In this document: piece after piece, positions 45,301-56,803 of the stretch
Layout: each line of letters begins with the position of its first letter
How positions within the stretch are numbered: position 1 is the stretch's first letter
From: Felis catus
Lineage: Eukaryota
DNA length: 64,000 nucleotides
NCBI RefSeq assembly: GCF_018350175.1
Contig: NC_058380.1
Location: forward strand, 91,574,001 to 91,638,000
Direction: 5' to 3'
The notes under the pieces: generated by a model
The model's input: only the letters and a program-made list of their open reading frames with translations
The model's database searches: none
What the model was told of the DNA's origin: nothing
Translations under genes and position numbers: made by a program

Positions 45301-48300
45301 TTCTACAACAACAAGGGTTATCACAGCATGCCCACCTACCTCAACAGCCTCAATAACGCTATTCTGCGTGCCAACCTGCCCAGGAGCAAGGGCAACCCGG
45401 CAGCCTATGGTGAGCCTGGGTGGGCTGGGCTGGGCTGGGGGCCGGGCAGGGTGGGCATGGAGCAGGTCCCTGAGGCTGCCCTCCCCTGTCTGCAGGCATC
45501 ACCGTCACCAACCACCCCATGAACAAGACAAGTGCCAGCCTCTCCCTGGATTACCTGTATGTATGCAGGCGGGTGGGGGGGACGAGGTGCGGGTGCTGGG
45601 CAGGGCTGATGGCTGCCTTGCCCCCAGGCTGCAGGGCACAGATGTGGTCATCGCCATCTTCATCATCGTGGCCATGTCCTTCGTGCCAGCCAGCTTCGTG
45701 GTCTTCCTGGTGGCTGAGAAGTCGACCAAAGCCAAGCACCTACAGTTTGTCAGTGGCTGCAACCCCGTCATCTACTGGCTGGCCAACTACGTGTGGGACA
45801 TGGTGTGCTCCTCCTGCATGGCTGAGGGGGGTTCCCTCTACCCCTAGACCCCTGCCGTCCCCTCCCCCTGTCTCCTGCCAGGCCCACTGGTTCTGGCCCC
45901 AGCAGCCCCCCAGCCCCACTCCTGGACCCCTCACCCCTGCTCCTGGGCCCTCACCTGCCACTCTTGCTCTGGTAGCTCAACTACCTGGTCCCAGCCACCT
46001 GCTGCGTCATCATCCTGTTCGTGTTCGACTTACCGGCCTACACGTCACCCACCAACTTCCCCGCCGTGCTCTCTCTCTTCCTGCTCTATGGGTAAGGGGG
46101 AGGGGGCCGGGAGGAGGGCCTGGGGTGGGGGCGGGCTCCCCGTGACCGCCTCCTGCCCGCCTGCCCGCAGGTGGTCTATCACCCCCATCATGTACCCGGC
46201 CTCCTTCTGGTTCGAGGTGCCCAGCTCCGCCTACGTGTTTCTCATCGTCATCAACCTCTTCATTGGCATCACGGCCACCGTGGCTACTTTCCTGCTGCAG
46301 CTCTTTGAGCATGACAAGGTGGGGCAGCGGGGTGGCCGGGCGTGGTGGGCAGCAGGGCCGAGGCTGTGCCCGTGACCCCCCGTCACCCTCCAGGACTTGA
46401 AGGTTGTCAACAGTTACCTGAAAAGCTGCTTTCTCATCTTCCCCAACTACAACTTGGGCCACGGGCTCATGGAAATGGCGTATAACGAATACATCAACGA
46501 GTACTACGCCAAGATTGGTGAGCAGGGTGGGTGGGCGTGCGGAGGGGGGTCCGGCCTGGCCCAGAGATTGAGGGTTCAGGCGTGAAGGACATGGCTGCCG
46601 GGGCGCAGGCACAGGCCCTGAGCCGGCTGCCCCACAGGCCAGTTTGACAAGATGAAGTCTCCATTCGAGTGGGACATCGTCACCAGGGGGCTGGTGGCCA
46701 TGACGGTCGAAGGCTTCGTGGGCTTCTTCCTCACCATCATGTGCCAGTACAACTTCCTGCGGCAGCCACAGTGAGTGGGGGAGTGCAGGGAGATGTGGGG
46801 GCCAGTGGCCGGCTGGGCACTGCCGTGGCCACTGCCGTGGCCACAGAAAGTTGGGGAGCACTGGGTGATGACTCCGCCACCCTGTCCGCACAGGCGAATG
46901 CCAGTGTCTACCAAACCTGTGGAGGATGATGTGGACGTGGCCAGCGAGCGGCAGCGAGTGCTGCGGGGGGACGCTGACAATGACATGGTCAAGATTGAGA
47001 ACCTGACCAAGGTGGGCCCTGGGCTTGTGAGATAGAGGCCAGGTTGGGCGGGGCCCAGGTGGGAGGCGGGGCCCAGGTGGGAGGCGGGGCCCAGGTGGGG
47101 TGTGTTTCCGAGCAGGGGCGGGGCCGGGGGGCACGGAGGGTGTACCAAGGCCCAGGTGGAGCGTGTTTCCAGAGAGGGGCGGGGGCCCAGGTGGGTCATA
47201 TTTGCAGGCAGGGGCGGGGCCCAGACAGAGGGCGGAGCCCATGTGGGGGCCATGTTTCCAGACAGGGGCAGGGCCCCGGTGGGGCATGTTTGCAGGCAGG
47301 GCGGGGCCCAGGTGTGTAGGCGGGGGCAGGTGGGGGCGGGGCCCAGGTAGGGGTGTGTTTGCAGGCAGGGGCGGGCCCAGGCAGAGGGCGGGGCCCAGGT
47401 GGGGGGGGCGTGTTTGCAGACAGGGGCGGAGGCCAGGGGGCGGTGTGGTTCAGGGGCCGGCCAGCCCGACTGGCAGCCCGGATGGGTGGGCTGACCCTTC
47501 CCTTCCACCAGGTGTACAAGTCCCGGAAGATAGGCCGCATCCTGGCTGTGGATCGCCTGTGCCTCGGCGTGCGTCCCGGCGAGTGCTTTGGCCTCCTGGG
47601 CGTGAATGGCGCGGGCAAGACCAGCACTTTCAAGATGCTGACGGGTGACGAGAGCACGACAGGGGGCGAGGCCTTTGTCAACGGGCACAGGTGCGGGCGG
47701 GCGGGCGCCTGGGCGGGTGGGGTGACTGCGGCCGCCGGTGCTGATGGCACTGTGTCCCCAGTGTGCTCAAGGAGCTGCTCCAGGTACAGCAGAGTCTGGG
47801 GTACTGCCCGCAATTCGACGCCCTGTTCGACGAGCTCACAGCCCGGGAGCACCTGCAGCTGTACACGCGGCTCCGTGGCATTCCCTGGAAGGACGAGGCC
47901 CGGGTGAGGGTCGCCCAAGGGGGGCGGGGCGTGGCGGGCAAGAGGGGCAGGCCCTGACGCCAGTCCTCGCCCCCAGGTGGTGAAGTGGGCCCTGGAGAAG
48001 CTGGAGCTGAGCAAGTACGCCGACAAACCGGCCGGCACCTACAGCGGGGGCAACAAACGCAAGCTGTCCACGGCCATTGCGCTCATCGGGTACCCGGCCT
48101 TCATCTTCCTGGTGAGCCGGGGCGGGAGGCGGCCGGCCGGGCCAGGCGGGGTGGACGGGCCGCAGCCGCTGAGCCTGGCGCCGCCCGCCCCCAGGATGAG
48201 CCCACCACCGGCATGGACCCGAAGGCCCGGCGCTTCCTCTGGAACCTCATCCTCGACCTCATCAAGACGGGGCGCTCGGTGGTGCTGACGTCGCACAGGT

Positions 48301-49702
48301 GCGCCCCCACCCCGGCGCGCCCTGCCCCAACCCTCGAGCCCTGTCCCCGCCCCGCGCGCCCCGCCCCAGCCCCTGCGTCTCCGCCCTGCAGCATGGAGGA
48401 GTGCGAAGCGCTGTGCACGCGGCTCGCCATCATGGTGAACGGGCGCCTGCGCTGTCTGGGCAGCATCCAGCACCTGAAGAACCGGTGAGCCGAGCCGAGG
48501 GTGCCGGCGGCGGGAGGGGCGCGGGGGGGGGGACGGGGGGCTCGGGGCTCGGGGCCACAGGCCTGTCTCGCAGGTTCGGAGACGGATACATGATCACCGT
48601 GAGGACGAAGAGCAGCCAGAACGTGAAGGACGTAGTGCGGTTCTTCAACCGCAACTTCCCGGAGGCTGTGCTCAAGGTGGGGCGGGGCCCCAGGGGGTGG
48701 GGCGGGGCCCCAGGGGGTGGGGCGGGGCCCCAGGGGGTGGGGCGGGGCCCCAGGGGGTGGGGCGGGGCCCCAGGGGGTGGGGCGGGGCCCCAGGGGGTGG
48801 GGCCGGGCGGTGCTCCGAGCCGCCTCTGACCTCCCTGCGTCCCCAGGAGCGTCACCACACGAAGGTGCAGTACCAGTTGCAGTCGGAGCACATCTCCCTG
48901 GCTCAGGTGTTCAGCAAGATGGAGCAGGTGGCGGGCGTGCTGGGCATCGAGGACTACTCGGTCAGCCAGACCACCCTGGACAACGTGAGTGCCCCAGCTC
49001 GGCGCATCGGGCCGGCCTGGGCTGCACCCCGCTCACCCACCCACGCACCCCACCCGCCAGGTATTTGTGAACTTCGCCAAGAAGCAGAGTGACAACCTGG
49101 AGCAGCAGGAGACAGAGCCCCCCTCGGCTCTGCGGTCTCCCCTGGGCCGCCTGCTCAGCCTGTTCCGGGCCCGACCCGCCCCCACCGAGCTGCGGGCACT
49201 CGTGGCTGACGAGCCCGAGGACCTGGACACAGAGGACGAGGGCCTCATCAGCTTCGAGGAGGAGCGGGTGAGCCCGGCCTGTAGGGTCAGGGCAGCCAGG
49301 CTGGCCAGAGGGCTCAGGCTCTGCATAAGGAGAGGGCTTGGAGAGGAGTGGCCCCGGGGACTCCTGCCGCCCTGAGGGATCCGTCGGATGCTCAGGACTA
49401 GGGTGGACACAGGAGGCTCCGGGCACAGGTGGAAACAGACTGGTTGTAGACCCCGAGACTCGTTGGAAACCTTGAGGGGTTCCAGACACGGGCAGAGCAG
49501 AGGTGGGGTAGGGGGGAGCAGAGCCTAGGGACACAGGAGGCACCAGACTTGGCCACTGAGGGAGAACTCACGGGAGACAGAGGTGAGGGATCCAGTCCCA
49601 GGCCCGCGGGTGCATGGGGTAGCGGACGCCTCCCCCAGCACGGCTCACCTGCCGTCTACCTACCAGGCCCAGCTGTCCTTCAACACGGACACACTCTGCT
49701 GA
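29957..49702 (+). CDS. ABCA2: ATP-binding cassette sub-family A member 2, 49 coding exons, ~2433 aa
   Basis: Exons: 29957-30022, 33755-33848, 34121-34123, 34807-34918, 34996-35159, 35470-35597, 35802-35900, 36249-36467, 36804-37174, 37415-37574, 38355-38483, 38606-38773, 38842-38938, 39398-39571, 39647-39749, 39837-39951, 40167-40357, 40553-40703, 40777-40981, 41115-41279, 41369-41549, 41646-41858 (N gap inside), 41966-42162, 42250-42432, 42666-42850, 43000-43120, 43401-43634, 43717-43923, 44176-44278, 44398-44717, 44790-45003, 45096-45201, 45298-45409, 45496-45556, 45628-45802, 45976-46091, 46171-46318, 46394-46517, 46638-46770, 46894-47011, 47512-47690, 47762-47903, 47977-48111, 48195-48298, 48392-48484, 48574-48676, 48847-48984, 49061-49267, 49667-49702. 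Phases are consistent (7302 nt). Starts [14 protein letters not shown]; two NBDs ([21 protein letters not shown] and [21 protein letters not shown]); VFVNFA motif; ends FNTDTLC*. Confidence 0.97.
30511..30600 (+). repeat. (TCC)n pyrimidine-rich trinucleotide tract, ABCA2 intron 1
   Basis: Near-pure TCC run at 30544-30592. Confidence 0.9.
34121..34123 (+). other. ABCA2: 3-nt microexon (TCT) of ABCA2
   Basis: ctgcatgcag|TCT|gtaagt after a pyrimidine-rich tract; inclusion converts KEAFY to KEVSFY. Confidence 0.8.
41673..41804. other. Assembly gap (132 N) inside an ABCA2 NBD1 exon
   Basis: Run of N; the reading frame is preserved across it. Confidence 0.99.
47043..47440 (+). repeat. G-rich degenerate minisatellite (GGCGGGGCCCAGGTGGG / GTGTTTGCAGGCAGG units), ABCA2 intron 40
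   Basis: Repeated units directly visible. Confidence 0.85.
48677..48803 (+). repeat. 20-bp tandem repeat (GTGGGGCGGGGCCCCAGGGG) x~6, ABCA2 intron 46
   Basis: Perfect 20-nt periodicity starting at the donor GT. Confidence 0.95.
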
Positions 49703-50391
49703 CCGTCAGGCGCTGACTCAAGGACACGCAGTGGGGACAGAAGTCAGGCGGTGGCCGAGGCCCCACCCTGTGCCCCCCAGTGCCCGCCACGAGGCCCTGG
49801 AGTGGGGGCCCCCTCCAGCCCCTCACCTGTCCTCAGCACTGCCTGAGGCCACTGCGCTGCCCTCCCCTGATTGTGCCAAAGGTTGGCCTGGCCCTGGGCC
49901 GCACACACCCTCACCCTGCTCTGCCTTAAAGCCTTGGGGTCTGGCCGGCCCCTAGCCTCTGCCCCCGTCCAGCTCTGCCCACCACCCCCAGGGCCACCAG
50001 GTGCCACCAGACCCTGTTGGCCGGGCCTGGCTCCTGAACGGGCCAGGGACACCCGAAACTGATGGGCCGGCCTGGGGCTGAGGATGGGGACTGGGTTAGG
50101 TCCCGCCCCCGGCCCTTATTTATTTTGCTGTAGGAAGAGGCCCCCTCATCCTGCTCTCATTTGGGGAGGCCCCCACCTGAGGGAAGCCATGGGCACGGGC
50201 CAGGGAGGGGCTGCCTCAAGGGGGTGGGCCGGGCAGCAGGAACGGAGAAGCTGCCCCGCTGGCCAGACGAGCAGCCGGATCCCCTCCCCACCCCTGCCCC
50301 CTGCCATTGCTCTCTCCCACCCAGCTTGGCCCCCTGCACACCCACCTGCCCGGGAGCCAGACCTGTACATAGCGCACAGATGTTTGTTTTA

Positions 50392-50397
50392 AATAAA
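50392..50397 (+). terminator. Polyadenylation signal of ABCA2 (AATAAA)
   Basis: AATAAA ~690 nt after the stop, with upstream TGTA and downstream GT-rich sequence. Confidence 0.8.
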
Positions 50398-51270
50398 TGA
50401 ACAAAAAAACCAGCGCCAGCCTGCGTGTGTGGAGTGGGGCGTTGGGGTGAAGATGGGCCCGGTTGATGCTGGTATGGCCCCTGCCCCACAGGTGCATCTG
50501 CAGCGTCCCGGAGCGGTGGGCCCAGCGTGAGGGGAGGGTGGCTGGGTTAGCCTGGGGGGGTGGGGGTGGAGGGCCCTCATCCCTGTAAATAGCTGTTGCT
50601 ACAGATGGGGAGACTGAGGCGGGGGCTGTCCATCACCCCCCTCCCCTGCCCCGCCTACATAGCCCGGACTGCCTGCCCGGAGGCAGGTCCTGAATGGGCT
50701 GCTCTGAGCCACGGTTGCCCGCCCTTCGGGCCTGTGCTCCCTGAGGCCTAGACCCTGGGCCCCGTGCCCACTCAGGGCCCATGGGCAGTGTGCGCTGGGC
50801 TGTGTCCCTCTCACCCAGGATGTGGGAGGGCTCTCAAGAGGAGGTGGTCTCTGGGCTGAGACCGGCGTCCCGGTGGAGCGTGTGCAAAGGTTGGGGGCAG
50901 TGTGGGGACTCCCAGGGACTGCAGGGCTCGGTGGCAGTGGAGCCTGGAGACAGTGGGGCCACAAGGAAGGATCCCAGAGCCCGCACCGCTCAAGCTTGGC
51001 CGTGGGCAGTCTCCCATCGGAGACCCCTTCTAGGGGGCTGGAAGGGACACAGAAGGTTCCGCGTGAGGACGGAGGGCCATGGGAACAGCTTGTCTCCCAA
51101 AACTTTTTACCCCAGGGGGTGGCTGCAAAATGTCAGGTTTCTAACGAGTTCATCTTTTCTGCATTTATTAGCTGGCATTTTGCTTAAAGATTTCCACTTT
51201 TAGAAACGTATCATTGTGGATTCACGGCTTTTTAAAAAATCACCATGTTACCGTCATTGCTATCCTCTAA

Positions 51271-51463
51271 ATTTTTTCAAGTTCACTTATTTTGAAAGAC
51301 AGAGTCACACAGGAGAGGGACAGAAGGAGAGAGAGAGGGAGAGAGAGACTCCCAAGCAGGCTCCATGCTGTGAGCACACAGCCCGACAACGGAGCTCGAA
51401 CGTCATGACTAGAGCCAAACTCAAGAGTCGGACACTCAACCGACTGAGCCACCCAGGTGCCCC
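51271..51463 (-). mobile_element. CAN-SINE
   Basis: Reverse copy: GAGAGAGACTCCCAAGCAGGCTCC..AACCGACTGAGCCACCCAGGTGCCCC. Confidence 0.9.
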
Positions 51464-52254
51464 ACTAATATTTTCAATGTACATAGTATTTACTGTCTTA
51501 GCCATTTATAAGTGTACAATTCTGCCATCTTTCTTATGCTCAAACTGCCCCAGATGTGGCCGGTGGGAACCCCTTTGTGGTGGCTTCTGTGTCCTTTTGA
51601 CTTGCCCTGGACATTTTTTGGAGCACTTCTTTTCTGTTACAATTTCCAGGCCTGCTCATTACCTCCCTGACCCAAGTCTGGATTCAGCAATTTTCCAAGG
51701 AGCCCCGTTTCTTTGGGGGGAAATGGGTTTTGGAACCCCCATCTGGACTCTGGCTGTGCCCACTGCTCCTTGGCTCTCTCAGGGGGCAGAGCTCCTGCTC
51801 AGATCCCAGTGCCCCCCAGTCCTTCCCCCCCCCCATAGTGTCCCCGACAAGTCTGTTAAAATGTCACCAGGAAGGGCCCACAGACAGGCCTCAGGAGAGA
51901 AATGTTTCTAATGTGTCACGTCCTGGGACTGTGGGCCAAGAACCGTCCCCAGGAAGGAAGAGAAGGACGTGCAAAGACAAGGACAGCAGGCCCCCGGGCC
52001 CCTCCAGGGGCTGCTCTGTGGATGTGGCCGGGGCACTGTCAGGGAGGTTTATTCAACGCCCAGCAGGTCATGGGTCAGTTACGGCTGGTGACCGTGAGCT
52101 TCTGGTCTCATTTATTTAGAAACATTTACTAGGAAATCATGGTAGAAAATTCAAAGGTCGGAGGACATCCTCGTGGCTTTTTCCGAAAGCTCGGGGCACA
52201 GACTCGCAGTGACTGCTATGTAGTGCTTTTCAGTTTGCGGGGCTCTTCTCTCAC

Positions 52255-52565
52255 TGGTCTTTGCTAGAGCCGTGAATCACCGCTGGAAGCCACAGAGATC
52301 TATCCCCCCAAAGTCTGGAGGCCGGAAGTCCCAGATCACCGTGCGGGCAGGGCTGGCTCCTTCTGCGGCTGTGGGCGAGGGTCTGGCCCCAGCTCCCCGG
52401 AGCCGCCCCCCAGCTGCCGGTGGTTTTCCGGCAAGGCTCCGTGTTCCTCGGCTTGGAGATGCACAGCCCTGCCCTCTGCCTCCACCTTCGTTCGTGTGGC
52501 GCCCCGTCCATGTGGGTCTGTGTCCAAATCTCCCCCGTGTACAAGGACAGTCGTATTGCGGTGGG
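52255..52565 (-). mobile_element. MaLR LTR (MLT1-like)
   Basis: AGTCTGGAGGCCGGAAGTCCCAGATC..GCAGGGCTGGCTCCTTCTG..TGTGTCCAAATCTCCC..AAGGACAGTCGTATTG, typical of MLT1. Confidence 0.65.
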
Positions 52566-54005
52566 ACCCCCCCCCCCCCCCCCCGTCCTCTCCTGTGAGC
52601 AAACCAGGACTCTCCCACGGAAAGGGGGCTTGCATCAGGGGGACGGCCCGGATCTGTCTACACGTCCCTCGTGTGTACCAGATCACCTGTGGGCTGATGC
52701 CCCGTTTTGCCGGCCGACAGGGCATCCGGAGCGACACCGAGAACGTGGTTACCGCGTTTCTGCTCACCGCAGCCGCGGATGTGTGCTTCTTCACAGCAGC
52801 GTGAAGTTTCACGCCTCCCCCCACTTCCCGCTGGGGTGCGTGCGTTTCTTTGTTTCTGCACCGCCGGGTCCTTCGTCCAGCTCACCGTTTGTCCTATGGA
52901 CGTGTGAGGGTATTTTCACAGGCGCGGAAATCCGCACGGGACATCTGGCGAACGGGTGCAGGTGTGGGGGGCCTTTGTGCGGCATCGAGGCAGGAAGTGA
53001 GCAGGCCCAGCCCTGCCCCCACCCCCACCACGCGGAGGAGCAGCTGAAACACCGGTGCTCGGACTGGAAGCCCAGCCCCGGCGGGGAGCCAGGGCCCAGC
53101 CCCAGTGTCAGGCCCGCACCCGGGCTGCGTCCGGGGGTCCTGGACGGCGTGGGGTCCCAGAAGGGGCCGGCCGGCTGGAGGCCCTGGGGGAGGAGGCCAT
53201 GGGGGCGCCGGCCACCCTGACGGGGGCGGTGCAGGTCGGGGGCGGGGGTTGGTGCTGTATGCACAACATCCCCTAGTTTTTTTGTTCCAGCCAAGGGCGG
53301 GGCGGGCGGCAGCACAGGTCAGGAGGTTGCGGCTTCCCACCCTTCTCCTGGTGCTTTTTTTAAAGGTTGGGAAGGAAAGAAGCCTGCGTGGAACCGATTG
53401 CGAAGGGCAGGGGTGCGGGGTTGGCAGAGAAGAGCTACCTGAGCGGGCGGGCAGCAGTTCTGGAATGTGGGCGGGCCTGGGGGCGGGGCTCTGCCAGACG
53501 GAGCACAGTGGTGTCCCGGGCGTCCCTTCCAAGGAGGAGGCTTAACGCTCTGGTAACGCCCTGGTAGGCAGCTAGGGAAACTGAGGCTGGGGCCAGACTG
53601 TTCATTTCTCCTCCCCACCCCCCGGCTTTCTGGGCTGGGGACCCCCGACAGATAACGGGGTGTGCACTGCAGGGCTGGGGGGTCGGTGGCAGGTCCCGAT
53701 CTAGAGCTGCCTTCTCCCCAGGCTGGCACCCTTCTCTCCCCGCCTCCACATCCACCATTGTCCGCCCCCATCCCACACCCACCCTGGGGCGCTCAGGTCC
53801 CCAGCCCCGCCAGCCCCGAGCACGCAGTGCCCCCACAGTCACACCCTCATGCTTGGACACGGTGCTCTGACAGCCCCGACAGCCTCGTCCACCTGCGTAG
53901 GTGGCTTGTCAGGGCGGGCCCTGGGCCCGGGAGGGCGGGGCACCCCAGGAGCCTTAAAGGGCTCTCCAGATCCCCACCCTGCCTCGGCCACCACAGCTCC
54001 TCGCC

Positions 54006-55920
54006 ATGGCAGAGACGGCTAAGCTCCAGCTGTTTGTTAAGGTGCCGCTGGGCTGGGAGGGAGGTCTGGGGAGGAGTGTGCTGTGCGGGGCTCCGGGGCT
54101 CTCTAGGGTGGGCGGTGGGTCTCCAAGGCAGCATCTGTGTCCTTTCCTCTGTGGTGGGCTCGGGCAGCCCTGCAGAGGCTGAGCAAAGAGGGAGCAGGAC
54201 CGGGGAAGGGCCCGGTGAGCTGTCCCCAAGGGCGTGGGGTGCTGACTCCCAGCCCTGGCTCCTGGACCCAGCCCAGCCCTCCTGGGGGAAAAGCCCCTCG
54301 GTGGGGACGCGACAAGCAGGCAGCTGGAGGCCAAGGCCTACGTGGAGCTTGAGGTCAGTGAGGCAGGTGGGGGCTGGGCTGGGCCAGGCAGCCCCGTGGA
54401 CAGTCACATCGCTGCCCAGATCTGGGGTCCCTGTGCAGGGCTGCGAGGCCCTGGCCTCCTCCCCACTGTGGGAGGTGGGACAATGAGTGTGCTGGCGCCC
54501 AGTGTCCAGTCCGGCAGGGTGAATCACTCAGAAAACAGCTCACTCGGCCCACCCCACCCTGTGACCCGCCTGTGGGGCCTGGAGACCAGCAGCCCGGCCT
54601 CTGCCCAGGCTCTGAGGATAAGGGTCAAGGGGCCAGGCTCCAGAGCTAGGGTCCCAGCCCCATGTCCCTGTGCCCCTCCCCAGCTCCCAGGGACCACGCC
54701 AAGGGCTCTCACGTGTCGAGGTCATACCCAACCAAGCTGGAGCCCGGGATCACGCCAGGCTCTTGGCCCTGGGAGGCAGGGTCCCCTTTGGCGGGATTCT
54801 TAGGTCTGCTCTCTTCCCTGGCGCCCTCTACTCCACGCGCCCCAGGCAAGCGAGGATGGCGAGAGCGTGGGACACTGCCCTTCCTGTCAGCGGCTCTTCA
54901 TGGTCCTGCTCCTCAAGGGCGCGCCCTTCACCCTCACCACCGTGGACATCCGCAGGTGAGCCCCTTGCCCCCACGGGACCGCTGCCTGGTCCCTGGCCCT
55001 TCTGACCAGCAGCCTCCCCACCTGCCTCATGCCCACAGGTCCCCGGATGTGCTTAAGGACTTCGCTCCCGGCTCGCAGCTGCCCATCCTTCTCCACGATG
55101 GCGACACCAAAACAGATACACTGCAGATCGAGGAGTTTCTGGAGGAGACGCTGGGGCCCCCCGAGTGAGGGCCCGGCCTGGCAGGAGGGGCGATGATGGG
55201 GCGCCCAGGGAGGGTGCTCCCAGGACAGAGCCCGGGAAGGCTGCTGAGGGTCCCCGCAGGGAAGAGGGCCTGGCTCAAGGGTCTGACCACAGATCCCCTG
55301 CTTCCCCGCAGATTCCCCAGCCTGGCGCCCCGCTACCGGGAGTCCGCCACGGCGGGCAACGACGTCTTTCACAGGTTCTCCGCGTTCATCAAGAACCCAG
55401 TGCCCACGCAGGACGATGGTGAGGAGGGTCAGGAGCGCGGCGAGGGTGGGGGGAGCTGGCCCAGGCCGGGCCTCACCGCGCCCCCCCCCCCCCCCCCCGC
55501 CCCCAGCCCTGTACCAGCTGCTGCTGCGCGCCCTCACCAGGCTGGACAGCTACCTGCGCGCGCCGCTGGAGCACGAGCTGGTGCGGGAACCGCAGCTTGG
55601 CGAGTCGCGCCGCCGCTTCCTGGACGGCGACCAGCTCACGCTGGCTGACTGTAGGCTGCTGCCCAAGTTGCACATCGTGGACGTGAGTGCCGGGCCGGGG
55701 CGCGGAGCGCGGGGGGCGCCCCGCTACAAGGCCCTCACCGCGCCACGCCCCTCGCCCACAGACGGTGTGCGCGCACTTCCGCGGGGCGCCCATACCCGCC
55801 GAGCTGCGCGGCGTCCGCCGCTACCTGGACAGCGCGCTGCAGGTGAAGGAGTTCAAGTACACGTGTCCACACAGCGCGGAGATCCTAGCGGCTTACCGGA
55901 CGGCGGTGCGCCCCCGCTAG
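54006..55920 (+). CDS. CLIC3: Chloride intracellular channel protein 3, 6 exons, 237 aa
   Basis: Exons 54006-54041, 54846-54955, 55039-55164, 55312-55418, 55507-55682, 55762-55920 (714 nt). [27 protein letters not shown] (CLIC3-type CPSC active site) and [12 protein letters not shown]. Confidence 0.97.
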
Positions 55921-56672
55921 CCGCCGCCCCCTCTACCGCCACCCCCTGCCCCCTCTTCTACAGCCCCATAAACGCATCTCTGCCCCAGCAAGCATGCCCT
56001 GACATCCGAGGGACCAGAGGGCCCTTGACTTCTGCCACCCCCAAAACCCCCACCATGGAACACTCCGTCCCCACGACAGCCTGGAATGATGGGCAGAGAA
56101 CCCAGTGGGTGGCTCTGCTCCACTCACCCTGTTGGGGGTGGGGTGGGGACTAGATTGGGCTCCCAAACCAGTCAGGCCAGGGTGGGGCTGCAGGATGGCC
56201 AAGGAGGGTGGGGACCAGAGCCCAGACTGGGCACCTAGAAGCTCAGGTCGGTGGGTGGGGCCGGCCCACATTCCTCAGCCCAGCCCCAGGCGGCAGGCCA
56301 CCACCCTCCAGCTTCCACATGACCTACGGTGTCCGCGGTGTGGGACACTGGTGGCTGTGCCTGTTAGGTGAGGTCTGGAAGAGTGAAGTGTGTGGAGTGG
56401 AGGGGCCAGCAACAGAGTTCCAACCTTGAGGAGCCCTGACCTGCCTTCCAGTCCCTCTCCGCTCCATCGCGAACCGGGCAGGGGCAGCTGGGTGAGCCTG
56501 TAGAGAGTGGTGCTCCCCCCACCCCCACCCCCCAGGTGGTGCGGAAGCTGGCCCATCTGCTTACACACTGCGGCCCGAGCCAGATCGCAGGCCCAGGGAG
56601 ACCCCTGATCCCTCTCCCCACGCCAGACCCCAAGAGCCAGAGCATGGCCGTTTCCTCCACTTGAGGAAGCCA

Positions 56673-56678
56673 TTTATT
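56673..56678 (-). terminator. Polyadenylation signal of PAXX (AATAAA on the minus strand)
   Basis: TTTATT on + strand, ~125 nt past the PAXX stop. Confidence 0.8.
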
Positions 56679-56803
56679 TAATGGGGAAGGGGTCCAAGGA
56701 GCAGGTTTGTTCCCCTCTGGCAGCAGGACGGGCTGTGGGGTCTCAGGCGCTGTCCCCACCGCATGAGCAGACTCCTGGCAGGGTCACACTTGGTGCTGCG
56801 CCT

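Noticed and set aside
46010-47688. 425-aa and 370-aa minus-strand ORFs with repeated Pro/Gly motifs
   Set aside because: Translations of the intron 40 minisatellite plus antisense ABCA2 exons.
48677-48803. Regular repeat that might look like a CRISPR array
   Set aside because: Head-to-tail copies without spacers, in a eukaryotic intron, with no cas genes.
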